The notes under the pieces are model-generated. The model was not told the DNA's origin. It did not search any database and was given only the letters and a program-made list of their open reading frames with translations. The translations under genes were made by a program, and so were the position numbers. Below, piece after piece: positions 39,447 to 50,969 of a stretch of 64,000 bases of DNA (position 1 is the stretch's first letter; every line of letters starts with the position of its first letter). The DNA is from Syntrophales bacterium (GTDB lineage: Bacteria > Desulfobacterota > Syntrophia > Syntrophales > UBA6807): NCBI GenBank assembly GCA_040767195.1, contig JAXGPA010000003.1, positions 128,001-192,000 of the forward strand, written 5' to 3'.

Positions 39447-40670
39447 ATGAAGAAATTCGAAAACCTCATCAGTCTGGCCGTCAAGTCCGAATTTTCCGAC
39501 GTTCACATTGCCGGCGGGTATCCCGTCGTGTTTCGCCATCACGGCACGATCCGGGCCGAACCGGACCTCATCTGGACCCACGAGGAAATCGACCGGCTCG
39601 TCTACGATCTTCTCGATAAAAGACAACTCCAGATGCTCCGGTCCCGGCATTCCGTTGACTTCGCGAAAACCGTTCATTTCACGAGACTCCGGATCAACGT
39701 CTTCAACTCCGTGCGGGGTCTCGCCCTCGCCGTCCGCCTCCTTCCAGGGAAGGTCCCCACCTTTGAAGACCTCAACCTCCATCCCTCCCTCGAGGAGATA
39801 ACCAAGCTCCCTTCGGGCCTCGTTCTCATCTGCGGGCCGACAGGCCAGGGAAAAACCACGACCATCGCGGCCCTCATCGAACGGATCAACCAGACCCGGT
39901 CCGTTCACATCATCACCCTCGAGGACCCCATCGAATACCGCTATTACTCAAAAAGAGCCTTCGTGGAACAGCGGGAGCTGGGAGCCCACATGGTAACCTT
40001 CGAGCAGGGCCTTCTCGACGCCCTCCGGCAGGACCCCGACGTCGTCGTCGTGGGCGAGCTCCGTGAAAGAGGGACCATGCGCCTCACCCTGAACGCGGCG
40101 GAAGGGGGAAACCTCGTCATCGCGACCCTCCACGCCACGACCCCCGAAGACGCCATCTACCGCATCTGCAACGCCTTCCCCCTGGAGGGGCAGGACGAGG
40201 TCCGGTTCCAGATGGCCTCGACGCTCCGGTGGATCATCGTCCAGAACCTCGTCTACCAGGAGGGACTTCGCTACAGGCTTCCCGTTCTTGCTATTCTCAA
40301 GAACACCAGCCCCGTCCGGGGGATCATCAGGGACAACAAGCTCTACCAGCTGGAGAGCACGATCCAGATGGGAAAAGCCGACGGCATGTTCACCAAGGAA
40401 CGGTACCTGAAGGAATTCCTTGAAACCCGTAACGATTTCACACCCCCCGTGAAGGTGTTTCAGCCCTCCGAGGAAGTCAGCCGGGAAAGAATTTACGAGT
40501 CCCCCGTGATGGACGAGGACACGGCGGTCCCGGCGCCCGCCATGAGGGCGATGCGGACGATCGCCGAGACAAAAATGACGGAGGAAACCCTGTCCATCAG
40601 CGCCGACGACGAACCCCTGGTGATCAGTGACAGCCCGCCGCTCCAGGATATCATCGATCGGCTGAAATAG
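39447..40670 (+). CDS. PilT/PilU-family ATPase
   Basis: GPTGQGKTTT, TLEDPIEY, ALRQDPDVVVVGELR. Confidence 0.85.
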   Translation: MKKFENLISLAVKSEFSDVHIAGGYPVVFRHHGTIRAEPDLIWTHEEIDRLVYDLLDKRQLQMLRSRHSVDFAKTVHFTRLRINVFNSVRGLALAVRLLPGKVPTFEDLNLHPSLEEITKLPSGLVLICGPTGQGKTTTIAALIERINQTRSVHIITLEDPIEYRYYSKRAFVEQRELGAHMVTFEQGLLDALRQDPDVVVVGELRERGTMRLTLNAAEGGNLVIATLHATTPEDAIYRICNAFPLEGQDEVRFQMASTLRWIIVQNLVYQEGLRYRLPVLAILKNTSPVRGIIRDNKLYQLESTIQMGKADGMFTKERYLKEFLETRNDFTPPVKVFQPSEEVSRERIYESPVMDEDTAVPAPAMRAMRTIAETKMTEETLSISADDEPLVISDSPPLQDIIDRLK

Positions 40671-40689
40671 GGCGCCGGAAACGCCCCGG

Positions 40690-41685
40690 TCAGAAGGCGA
40701 ACCGGAGATTCGCCGTCAGAAAGGGACCATCCCCGAGGTCAAGGCGGTTCCTGTCCCGGTCACCGTAGTCCTCCCCCTCGAAATAGAACCGGTCGAAGGC
40801 ATAGCCCCCGGTGATTTCGAGGAATACGCGCTTTTTGTAATCAGCGACGATACCGGCGCTGACGCGCTTCTCGTAGTAAAACAGCCGGTCGTCCTCTTCC
40901 CTGCGATCGGCCCTGAAATAGGCGTCGTTCCGCCAGTCAAAACCCATTTTTACCGTGACATGATCGGCCGCCTTCACTCCCAGGGAAGCGCTCACCGTCC
41001 GAACGGGATAATAGAGGAAGGAGAGGGTTACCCGATCGAGGGGGCGCCAGGAGAGGTACGCCATGGGAATGCCCGCCACGGCCAGAAACCGTTCATTGGG
41101 GGAATACCAGTAGAGGAGCCCCGGCAGGGGGATGTTGTTCAGGAACTCGCGGTTGCTCGAATAGAAGACGGAAGCGACCCATCCGTTTCTTTCTCCCCGG
41201 GGAAACCGGATAAAAGCGATTCCGTTGACCACCGATTCGGCTTCTCCTCGAAAGGGCCTGTCGCTGGCGGAGCCCACGGACAGGAGCCCCCCGGCGATCC
41301 GTCCGCCGCTGAGACGCTGCCGGTAAACGCCTCCCAGGTTCAGGTCCCAGAGTGTCCCGGGAAATTCGTCCTTCGTGTCGGGAAAGCGGACATCCGTGTC
41401 GACCTGCACGACACCGGCGTCAGCGACGGCGACGATCTGTCTTTTTTCGTCCTGGAAGCAGGGCGCCGCCACGGAAAGGACCTGCCGGGTTTCCTGAAAT
41501 TTCTCGTTCGTTTGTTTGGTTTCCACTTCCTTCGAATAGTGACCGTGGTACCGAATCTGGAATTCCTGTTTCTCCATGTCGGGACCGATCCACTGAAGGA
41601 GGCCCGATGACTGGGCGAACAGGACACCGGGGAAGAAGATCAAAAAAAAGGCGGAAATGACAGGACCTGTCACAAAAGATTTCAT
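40690..41685 (-). CDS. Putative outer-membrane beta-barrel protein
   Basis: Signal peptide, alternating beta pattern, C-terminal Phe. Confidence 0.6.
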   Translation of the reverse strand: MKSFVTGPVISAFFLIFFPGVLFAQSSGLLQWIGPDMEKQEFQIRYHGHYSKEVETKQTNEKFQETRQVLSVAAPCFQDEKRQIVAVADAGVVQVDTDVRFPDTKDEFPGTLWDLNLGGVYRQRLSGGRIAGGLLSVGSASDRPFRGEAESVVNGIAFIRFPRGERNGWVASVFYSSNREFLNNIPLPGLLYWYSPNERFLAVAGIPMAYLSWRPLDRVTLSFLYYPVRTVSASLGVKAADHVTVKMGFDWRNDAYFRADRREEDDRLFYYEKRVSAGIVADYKKRVFLEITGGYAFDRFYFEGEDYGDRDRNRLDLGDGPFLTANLRFAF

Positions 41686-41722
41686 GATGCCTCTCCTTTT
41701 TAACGGCGAGCGGAAAGAATCG

Positions 41723-42349
41723 TCAACGTTCCTCCGCCGGCCGGATCAATAGGCCGCTCGTGGAAATCCACAGGACCAGTTCTTCTTCAACGCCGGCGGG
41801 CACAAAGGTTGCCGACCCGTACCGGGCGTCGACAAACCATTTCAGAAAAGAGCAGCGGCGGCGCAGATCGAAAAGGTCGATACCCTGCCTTTCCGAAAGG
41901 GCGTAAACCGTCCGTGGTTTTCGTCTTTCCTCTTCCAGGCTGCGGTAACGCCCCGAAACCCTGTCAAGCTCGTAGAGCGTGTGGAGACCGAGAAGATTTC
42001 CCACGGGGGTCCACTTGAGAACATGGGCGTCCACGTAAAGCTCATCGCCTAAAAGTTCGAATGTTTTGACGGCACCGTCTGGAAACTCGAACAAAACGGT
42101 AAAACGCTCTTCCCCGGCGGGATGAACGGACATCCGGGCGACCGCTTCTTCCCGGGTGAACGCCTCATACCCCCGAATCCCAAGGGCCGTCATGGCAAAG
42201 AACCCGGTCATGGCGAGAAGCAGAAGGCATTGAGCCGTCTTTCCGGCGCCCTTGAGCCATTTTCTTTCTTTCACGGTCACGGCCAGCGTGATCAGGGAGA
42301 GAAGGAAAAAAACGGCGAAAAGGATAAAGAGAACGAGGAGAAGGTGCAT
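41723..42349 (-). CDS. Membrane protein of unknown function
   Basis: Two TM segments, LDRVSGRY, ARYGSATF. Confidence 0.6.
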   Translation of the reverse strand: MHLLLVLFILFAVFFLLSLITLAVTVKERKWLKGAGKTAQCLLLLAMTGFFAMTALGIRGYEAFTREEAVARMSVHPAGEERFTVLFEFPDGAVKTFELLGDELYVDAHVLKWTPVGNLLGLHTLYELDRVSGRYRSLEEERRKPRTVYALSERQGIDLFDLRRRCSFLKWFVDARYGSATFVPAGVEEELVLWISTSGLLIRPAEER

Positions 42350-42354
42350 GATTC

Positions 42355-43032
42355 TCACTCCATGCAGCAATTCTTGTATTTCTTTCCGCTCCCGCAAGGA
42401 CAGGGGTCGTTTCGCCCCACCGGAACGCCGGCCTCTTTTTCCCTGCGGCGGTTAAAAAATGTATACGCACCGAGGGAAAGAAAAATGGCCACCAGGGAAA
42501 GGAACTGTTTCCCGCCGTTGTTCAGGACGTGTCCCCAGAACTGGATGAGACCCGCTGACAGTGTCTCGAGAGGAATCCCGTTTTCCACCTTCCACAGGAT
42601 GTGAAGGGGAATGTCGAGAAGTTCGGCGGCGAGAATGAAGGGGAGCGACAGGATGACAAGGGTTCCCTTTTTTTTCCAGGGCACCGTCGGCCAGGCGAGA
42701 AGGGCGGAAAGGACGAGGATAGGGTGAATGGCGACGTTGCTTGCGGGAAGGCGCCCCTCTTTCACGATCCCTTCCTGCCGTTTCCCCGCTTCATCCCTCC
42801 AGACGAAAGGAATGGCTATTTTGTAAGCGATCCTGGCCGGCTCCCCATAGGAAAGGGCGATGTCGTAGTGCGGCCTTATGATACGCATTTCCGTTTCCAT
42901 GACGGGAATAAACCCTCGGGAAATCAAAGGGCCCGCGAGGAAGAATAGAAAAAGAAAAAGCGGGAAAAAAACGAGAAGCCGGCCCAGGAAGCGGCTGAAA
43001 GAAAAGCGAGAGATGTCAGTGGCCTTTTTCAT
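42355..43032 (-). CDS. Exosortase-associated membrane protein with C-terminal SEC-C motif
   Basis: Multiple TM segments, GRNDPCPCGSGKKYKNCC. Confidence 0.7.
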   Translation of the reverse strand: MKKATDISRFSFSRFLGRLLVFFPLFLFLFFLAGPLISRGFIPVMETEMRIIRPHYDIALSYGEPARIAYKIAIPFVWRDEAGKRQEGIVKEGRLPASNVAIHPILVLSALLAWPTVPWKKKGTLVILSLPFILAAELLDIPLHILWKVENGIPLETLSAGLIQFWGHVLNNGGKQFLSLVAIFLSLGAYTFFNRRREKEAGVPVGRNDPCPCGSGKKYKNCCME

Positions 43033-43543
43033 GGGTTCCCGAAAAAGCGCTGATCCAGAAAAGGAAAAAGAGAAGGCCGATGACGATGATAAACGTCTGG
43101 CCTACGAAGATGTGCATGAAATCGAAAAGGCCCGGGCGGTATTTCAGGACATAGTAGAGGGAGATGATCCGGAGGATGTTGGCCCCGTAAATGACGAGGA
43201 ATCCCGCCAGGATCCCCAGGATTTTTTCCCGCAGGCCCATGGCGAAGGCGAGTATGGCCGAGGCGATAAGGAGAATCCCCTCAATCCCCTCGCATCCCTG
43301 GGCGACATTGAGCCGGAACGTCCCCGAAACGATGACGTTCCCGTCAAGGCTTGTTTTTTCCCAGGGCGTTACGGCGTTGATGATTTTTGAACTGACGCCG
43401 GCGTTCAGGAAATTGACGAGGAAGGGCGCCGTATAGGATCGGGTGGCGTAGTGAATCCCCTGCCCCAGGAAAAAAAACAGCACGAAAAGGAGGAGGAAAC
43501 GGAGTTCCCGCCGGTAACTTTTCAAGAAGACCTTCACGTTCAT
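43016..43543 (-). CDS. Short exosortase/archaeosortase-family protein (XrtH/XrtM-like)
   Basis: Cys-Arg-His triad: GCEG, NILRI, FMH. Confidence 0.78.
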   Translation of the reverse strand: MNVKVFLKSYRRELRFLLLFVLFFFLGQGIHYATRSYTAPFLVNFLNAGVSSKIINAVTPWEKTSLDGNVIVSGTFRLNVAQGCEGIEGILLIASAILAFAMGLREKILGILAGFLVIYGANILRIISLYYVLKYRPGLFDFMHIFVGQTFIIVIGLLFFLFWISAFSGTHEKGH

Positions 43544-44079
43544 GAACCCTCGTCCCCACCTTGTCCGGAAAACCCTGTTTCAGGGCCTTCAACGTACCAG
43601 ATACATGAACCATTTTCAAGGTTTCCTGCAGGTTGCCAATGGCCTCACATCAAATGTAGCCAAAGGGAGAAGATTTTCAAGGGTTGGCTTAACCGACCGC
43701 TGAAAAAATTTTCGCCCGCTTTTTCAATTTACCTTATCATGATGATACAAGGATAAGGCCTTTTTCGATGGAAAAATCAATCCTGTAAATGGCAGAGGAA
43801 TCCCCATGCGGCGATTCTTGTTAATGAATCTGTTCCGGTCTCTTACATGCGCGTCGTTTTGCCGGGACAAAACATACAAATATGTTCTGTCCGGGCGGCT
43901 TCTCCACCGGTGCGCTCCAGGAAAGATGAACCTTCGCAGCCTTTTAACGGTATTTCCAGGTCTTTCGGTCCCCCGCGGGGACGCGGCACGGAACTTGTAA
44001 ACTTAACCTTTGAAGATTATTTATAGCCCGGGAGTTGCCTGTCCTGGAGACGAAAACGGCCATTTTTTGAGGTGATGAT

Positions 44080-46689
44080 GTGATGCCCCTATTCGCGAAA
44101 GTGAGCACGGGAATTCCGAGCCTCGACGAAATCATCGATTTTCTTCGCATGGGAGACAACGTCGTCTGGCAGGCGGACAGCGTAGAGGATTACCGGCGCT
44201 TCGTCGTCCCCTACGTCCGAAGAGCCCTCGCCGACAAACGGCGGGTCGTCTACATGCGGTTCGCCCATCACGAGGCCCTTCTGGCACCCGATGACGGGAT
44301 CGCCGTCTATCGCCTGGAAGCTGACGCGGGCTTCGAGTCCTTCTCGAGCCAGGTTCACAATATCATCACCCGGGAAGGCCGGGATGTCTTCTATGTCTTT
44401 GACAGCCTGTCCGATCTCCTCATGGCCTGGGCCACCGACCTCATGATCGGAAATTTTTTCGCCATCACCTGCCCCTATCTTTTCGAGCTCAACACGGTCG
44501 CCTATTTCGCCCTGCTGCGGGGGCGCCATTCCTTCAAGACCATTGCCCGGATCCGGGAAACGACCCAGGTTCTCCTCGACATACACAACAACGACGGTCG
44601 TCTTTACGTGCACCCGCTGAAGGTCTGGCAGCGGTACTCCCCAACCATGTTTCTCCCTCACCTCCAGGAAGGGGACGCCCTGACGCCCATCATCAACAGC
44701 ATCGAGGCGACGACGCTCTTCTCCATGCTGGCCGCCAGGCGCGAGACCGTAGCGGAACGCAAGCTGGATTTCTGGGACCGCATTTTCCTCCAGGCCAAGG
44801 ACATGCTGTCCCGCCCGGAGACGGCCGACGAGCGGCGGGCCATGGTGGATCAGTTGAGCCGGATTCTCCTGGGGCGGGAAAAAAGGATGCTCGGCCTCGT
44901 CATGGCCTATTTTTCCCTGGAAGACCTTCTGAACATCAAGGAACATCTCATCGGGACCGGTTTCATCGGCGGGAAATCGGTGGGAATGCTCCTGGCGAGA
45001 AACATACTGGCCCGGGACCCCGACTTCGACTGGGGGCGTCATCTCGAACTTCACGACTCCTACTACGTCGGCTCCGATGTTTTTTATTCGTACATCGTCC
45101 AGAACGGGTGGTGGAAACTCCTCATGAAACAGCGGACCCGGGAAGGATATTTCACGGCGGCCGAGGAACTTCGCGGCAAAATGCTTCAGGGCGCCTTCCC
45201 CGACGAGGTCAGGGAGCAGTTCCAGCTCATGCTTGAGTACTTCGGCCAGTCGCCCATCATCGTCCGTTCGAGCAGCCTCCTGGAGGACGCCTTCGGAAAC
45301 GCCTTCGCCGGTAAATACGAGAGCTACTTCTGTGTCAACCAGGGCTCACCGGGGGAGCGCTATGCCTATTTCGAAGACTGTGTCCGGCGGATTTTCGCCA
45401 GCACCATGAACGAGGACGCCTTGAATTACCGCCGGCAGAGGGGTCTTGACGAGCAGGACGAACAGATGGCGCTCCTGGTTCAGCGTGTCTCGGGAACCTA
45501 CCGGAATCACTTTTTCTTTCCAGTTCTGGCGGGTGTGGGCCTGTCTTACAACCCCTTTGTCTGGAAACCCGGCCTGGACGCCCGGGCGGGAATGCTCCGG
45601 CTTGTCCTCGGCATGGGGACCCGGGCGGTGATGCGGGTCGAAAACGATTATCCGAGAATCGTCGCCCTCGATTCGCCTCTCCTGAAGGCGCATGCCGGGC
45701 TGGAGGACACGCGCCGCTTTTCCCAGCACTACGTGGACACCCTGGACCTGGAGGAAAACCGCATGAAAAGCGTTTCTCTCCGTGATCTGACCCGGAAAGA
45801 CATGGGCTTTGACTGGCCGCTTTTCGCCGTGAGGGATCGTGAAACGGAGTCGAGGCTCCGTGACCTGGGAAAGTCGGATGAGGACATCTGGGTGTTGACC
45901 TTTGACGACCTGATGACAAAAACCGATTTCCCCGCCCTCATGGGCCGGATGCTGAAACGGATAGAATCGGTTTATCGCTACCCGGTGGATATCGAATTCA
46001 CCGTGAATTTCGACCAACAGGGACGCCCCCAGATCAATCTTCTCCAGTGCCGTCCCTTTCAGAGCCGGGACATCCAGGTTCGCATGGACCTGCCCGAAGA
46101 AGCGGATGACGAAGACATTCTTCTTCGCATGGAAGGGAATTTCATGGGCGGAAGTGTTTCCAGGAAGATCGACCGGATCATCTACGTGGACCCGCAACGT
46201 TACGCCGGTCTCTCCCGGTCGCAGCGGTACGACATTGCCCGGGCGGTGGGCAGGCTGAACAGGCAGATCCGGGAACGGGACAACCCGGCCACCATGCTGC
46301 TTGGGCCGGGACGGTGGGGAACGACGACCCCCACCATGGGTGTTCCCGTTCGTTTCTCCGAGATCAACAACATCGCCGTTCTGGGAGAAATCGCCTATCA
46401 GGAGGGGAGTCTCATTCCCGATCTTTCCTTCGGGACCCACTTTTTCCAGGACCTGGTGGAAGCGGAAATATTTTATCTGGCCATCTATCCAGAAAGACAG
46501 GCGGTGCGGTTCAACCGGTCATGGTGGGACGATTCTCCGAATCTCCTCGGTAACCTCTCTCCGGGGGACCGAAATCATGAAGACACCCTCAAGGTCTTTG
46601 ACGTCGGGGACAGGAATTTGAGGCTTATTTCCGACGTGGTTTCCCAGAAAGTCGTCTGCCTGAGTCTTCCAAAAAACCGGGAATCATAA
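44080..46689 (+). CDS. PEP/pyruvate-binding (PPDK/PEP-synthase N-domain) family protein
   Basis: IGGKS, VRSSSLLED..FAGKYES, GMGTRAV, VDIEF, LQCRP, SFGTHFF. Confidence 0.8.
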   Translation: MMPLFAKVSTGIPSLDEIIDFLRMGDNVVWQADSVEDYRRFVVPYVRRALADKRRVVYMRFAHHEALLAPDDGIAVYRLEADAGFESFSSQVHNIITREGRDVFYVFDSLSDLLMAWATDLMIGNFFAITCPYLFELNTVAYFALLRGRHSFKTIARIRETTQVLLDIHNNDGRLYVHPLKVWQRYSPTMFLPHLQEGDALTPIINSIEATTLFSMLAARRETVAERKLDFWDRIFLQAKDMLSRPETADERRAMVDQLSRILLGREKRMLGLVMAYFSLEDLLNIKEHLIGTGFIGGKSVGMLLARNILARDPDFDWGRHLELHDSYYVGSDVFYSYIVQNGWWKLLMKQRTREGYFTAAEELRGKMLQGAFPDEVREQFQLMLEYFGQSPIIVRSSSLLEDAFGNAFAGKYESYFCVNQGSPGERYAYFEDCVRRIFASTMNEDALNYRRQRGLDEQDEQMALLVQRVSGTYRNHFFFPVLAGVGLSYNPFVWKPGLDARAGMLRLVLGMGTRAVMRVENDYPRIVALDSPLLKAHAGLEDTRRFSQHYVDTLDLEENRMKSVSLRDLTRKDMGFDWPLFAVRDRETESRLRDLGKSDEDIWVLTFDDLMTKTDFPALMGRMLKRIESVYRYPVDIEFTVNFDQQGRPQINLLQCRPFQSRDIQVRMDLPEEADDEDILLRMEGNFMGGSVSRKIDRIIYVDPQRYAGLSRSQRYDIARAVGRLNRQIRERDNPATMLLGPGRWGTTTPTMGVPVRFSEINNIAVLGEIAYQEGSLIPDLSFGTHFFQDLVEAEIFYLAIYPERQAVRFNRSWWDDSPNLLGNLSPGDRNHEDTLKVFDVGDRNLRLISDVVSQKVVCLSLPKNRES

Positions 46690-46751
46690 ATAAAAAAGGC
46701 CGTCCGGCCCGGGAGATGGGGACCGGCCGGCCTCTGAAAGCGATCGGATCT

Positions 46752-48209
<1,458 letters not shown>

Positions 48210-48466
48210 TCAACAAAAAATGATCTTGAAAAATCAGAAAATTAAGCGTATAGGTCGTCCGGTGTTCCGGCAAAAAAAGCCGGGATGAATGTGTCATTTT
48301 TGCCGGATAATTTTCAGAGAGGCACGGTTCGTGATTTCAAAAGCCCAATATGAAAAGAAAACCCGTTTCAGCCACCCCTTCCATAGGCCGGGTGCCTTGA
48401 AACCTGATCCGGCAATATTGCCACAAGCGGATAATCGAAAGTCAAAACCCCCCTGGAGGAGGACCC

Positions 48467-49468
48467 GTGGAAAAAACTGAAAAAAACCGCCTGGCCATTT
48501 TGAGGATACTCGAGGTGTCCGACGGGCCCTTGAGCAGTGCGTCCATCGCGGAACAGCTTCATGCCCGGGGCCACGACATGAGCGAACGGACGGTCCGCTT
48601 TTATCTTCTCCGGGCGGACCGGGAAGGACTGACGGAAAACCTGGGCAGGCGGGGACGGGTCATCACGGAAAAGGGTAAAAAGGAACTCACCGAGGGACGG
48701 GCCTATGACAAGGTCGGCCTCATCGCCGCCAAGATCGAGGAAAAAACCTACGGCATGAAATTTGACCTGGAAACCCGCACGGGAAATGTGGTGATGAATG
48801 TCAGCCTTATTGATCTCGAGGACCTGCCCAGGGCCGTCCCGCTTATTCAGCGCGTCTTTTCCGCCGGGTATGCCATGGGAAAGCTCATGAATCTCTACCC
48901 TCCGGGACGAAAGTTCGACAGCCTCAGGATCCCCGACGGATTCGTCGGGATCGGTACGGTGTGTTCCGTCACGCTGAACGGCGTCCTTCTGTCCTCCGGA
49001 ATCCCGTCCAATTCCCGCTTCGGCGGCCTTCTCGAAATCAGAAATAAAAAGGCCCTGAGATTCGTCGAGCTCATTCACTACGAAGGGACGACCCTGGACC
49101 CCCTGGAAATTTTCATCAAGAGCGGCATGACCGATTACAGCGGCGCGACCACGACAGGAAACGGCCTCATCGGGGCGGGGTTTCGGGAGCTCCCGGCGGG
49201 AAGCCGCGGAAGGGTCGAGGAAATCGCCGGGGAACTTGAAAAAATCGGGCTCGGCGGGTTCATGGCCATCGGCTGGCCCGGCCAGCCCCTGCTGGAGATT
49301 CCCGTGAGTGAGGGGCGGTTCGGTGCCGTCGTCATCGGCGGGCTCAACCCCGTGGCCATTTTAGAGGAACGGGGAATCCGGACCCAGTCGAGAGCCCTGG
49401 CCGCTTTCGATGATTTTTCATCTCTTTTTCACTACGAGGAGCTTGACGAGAGAATCAGGAAAACGTAA
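48467..49468 (+). CDS. nrpR: NrpR-family nitrogen regulator (wHTH plus one NRD/DUF128 domain)
   Basis: SERTVRFYL, GRVIT..G, TVCSVTLNG, GTTLDPLEIF, GGLNP. Confidence 0.85.
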   Translation: MEKTEKNRLAILRILEVSDGPLSSASIAEQLHARGHDMSERTVRFYLLRADREGLTENLGRRGRVITEKGKKELTEGRAYDKVGLIAAKIEEKTYGMKFDLETRTGNVVMNVSLIDLEDLPRAVPLIQRVFSAGYAMGKLMNLYPPGRKFDSLRIPDGFVGIGTVCSVTLNGVLLSSGIPSNSRFGGLLEIRNKKALRFVELIHYEGTTLDPLEIFIKSGMTDYSGATTTGNGLIGAGFRELPAGSRGRVEEIAGELEKIGLGGFMAIGWPGQPLLEIPVSEGRFGAVVIGGLNPVAILEERGIRTQSRALAAFDDFSSLFHYEELDERIRKT

Positions 49469-49517
49469 GCGGGATCGGGCAACCGTTTTTTCCTGTCTCA
49501 GCCTCCAGGAGGCCCTT

Positions 49518-49823
49518 TCAATTGACCGCGAGCCTGTCCCTGTTCGCTTCGAAGACCTTGGGCCCTATCCCCTGGACCTTCAGGAGGTCTTCCGTTTTCG
49601 AAAACCCGCCGTTTTCTCCCCTGTACGCTATGATCCGCTCGGCCAGGCCGGAGCCGATCCCATCGAGGGTGACCAGCTGTTCCATCGTGGCCGTGTTGAG
49701 GTTCACCTTGCCGGCCGCCTCCTCCGCCAGGGGGATAGCGGTCCAACCAAAAAGAATGAGCAGCGTTAAAAACCCGATGATGATTTTTCGTACCTTCATG
49801 CCTGTCCCTCCTGTGTCTGTCAT
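49518..49823 (-). CDS. ComEA-like helix-hairpin-helix protein
   Basis: VNLNTA, LDGIG...A.RII.YR, VQGIG. Confidence 0.85.
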   Translation of the reverse strand: MTDTGGTGMKVRKIIIGFLTLLILFGWTAIPLAEEAAGKVNLNTATMEQLVTLDGIGSGLAERIIAYRGENGGFSKTEDLLKVQGIGPKVFEANRDRLAVN

Positions 49824-50032
49824 GGTATTTTTTTTGTGGTAATTTTCCTCACCCGCTTACGTCCCGACCGGGCATGGGGAATCCCTGTCGGGGCCGCAGA
49901 CTACCGGCGTTGGAAAGCCGTTTCAACCCAATGGTGACCATCCCGGCAAAGAATGTGATGAAACAGCTTCGTGCCGGTTTCAGGAGCGTACCTTGCTCGG
50001 TTTGGCCCTCGTAATCTTTCTCATAATCTTTC

Positions 50033-50061
50033 TTGACACAGTCCGACAGCCTCTCTATACT
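50033..50061 (+). promoter_or_regulatory. Sigma70-type promoter
   Basis: TTGACA-17 nt-TATACT upstream of lipoprotein-pqi operon. Confidence 0.6.
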
Positions 50062-50179
50062 TCGGGCAGTCCGTTGAAAACTCTTTCAAATTTCTAAAAA
50101 AACAGGATTAAATGCAAAGGCGGCCGAGGGTGCTCAAGGGCTTTGAAAAAAACATCATTGAGAAACGGGGGGTAACGTT

Positions 50180-50869
50180 ATGAAGCGCTTGTTTTCCGTA
50201 ATCCTGTCATCTTTCTTTCTCCTCGGCTGTGCGGCATCCCTCACGGCGGAGAAGGATAACCGGTTTTCAGGGTTTTTGGGCGATCCCTCGGTTTATGAGC
50301 GGCTTGTTCCCGGGCCGGAGGGCGGGGTCGCTCTGCGCTGGGTAAAGGAGGGACAGGCTTCGAAAACATATGACAAGTTCATGGTGGACAGTGTCATTTT
50401 CTTCCTCGCCGACCAGGCGGACTACAAGGGCATCGACCCCCAGGAGATGAAGGAACTGGCCGACGGGTTCAACCAGGAGATCGTGGCGGCTTTCAGGGAC
50501 AGGTACCCCATCGTGGCGGAGGCTGGTCCCGGGGTGGCCCGAATCCGCATCGCCATCACGAAAATCGAACCGAGCAACCCGGGAAGGAGCGCCATTACAA
50601 CAATTATTCCCGTCGGACTGGGCGTCAGTCTCGTGAAGAAAGGCACAACGGGCGGCTGGACCGGGAGCGGTGAAACGGGCATGGAACTCATGGCTCTCGA
50701 CAGCGTGACCGGGGAAATACTGGCCCTCGCCGTGGACCGGCAGAAGGCCGCCTTCGAATCGCGGTTCTCCAAGTGGGGCGCCGCCGGCGACGCCTTCAAG
50801 TTCTGGTCGATAAGGATCGTGTCGTTCCTCGACGGCGTCAGGGGCGCGGGACAGGAACCCGGTGGATAG
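50180..50869 (+). CDS. DUF3313-like lipoprotein
   Basis: LLGC lipobox, SGFLGD, DSVTGEILA..VD. Confidence 0.72.
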   Translation: MKRLFSVILSSFFLLGCAASLTAEKDNRFSGFLGDPSVYERLVPGPEGGVALRWVKEGQASKTYDKFMVDSVIFFLADQADYKGIDPQEMKELADGFNQEIVAAFRDRYPIVAEAGPGVARIRIAITKIEPSNPGRSAITTIIPVGLGVSLVKKGTTGGWTGSGETGMELMALDSVTGEILALAVDRQKAAFESRFSKWGAAGDAFKFWSIRIVSFLDGVRGAGQEPGG

Positions 50870-50969
50870 AAGCCGTTCCACCCCGTTCAGCTTTCTCCAA
50901 TGAACTGGAACCCGCCTCGTCGTGAAGGGAACGACGGGGCGCTCCGTCACCGTGTTTCCGAGAGGTTAT

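Noticed and set aside
48320..48336. Sigma54 promoter upstream of nrpR
   Set aside because: GGCACG is present but the -12 position is GA rather than GC
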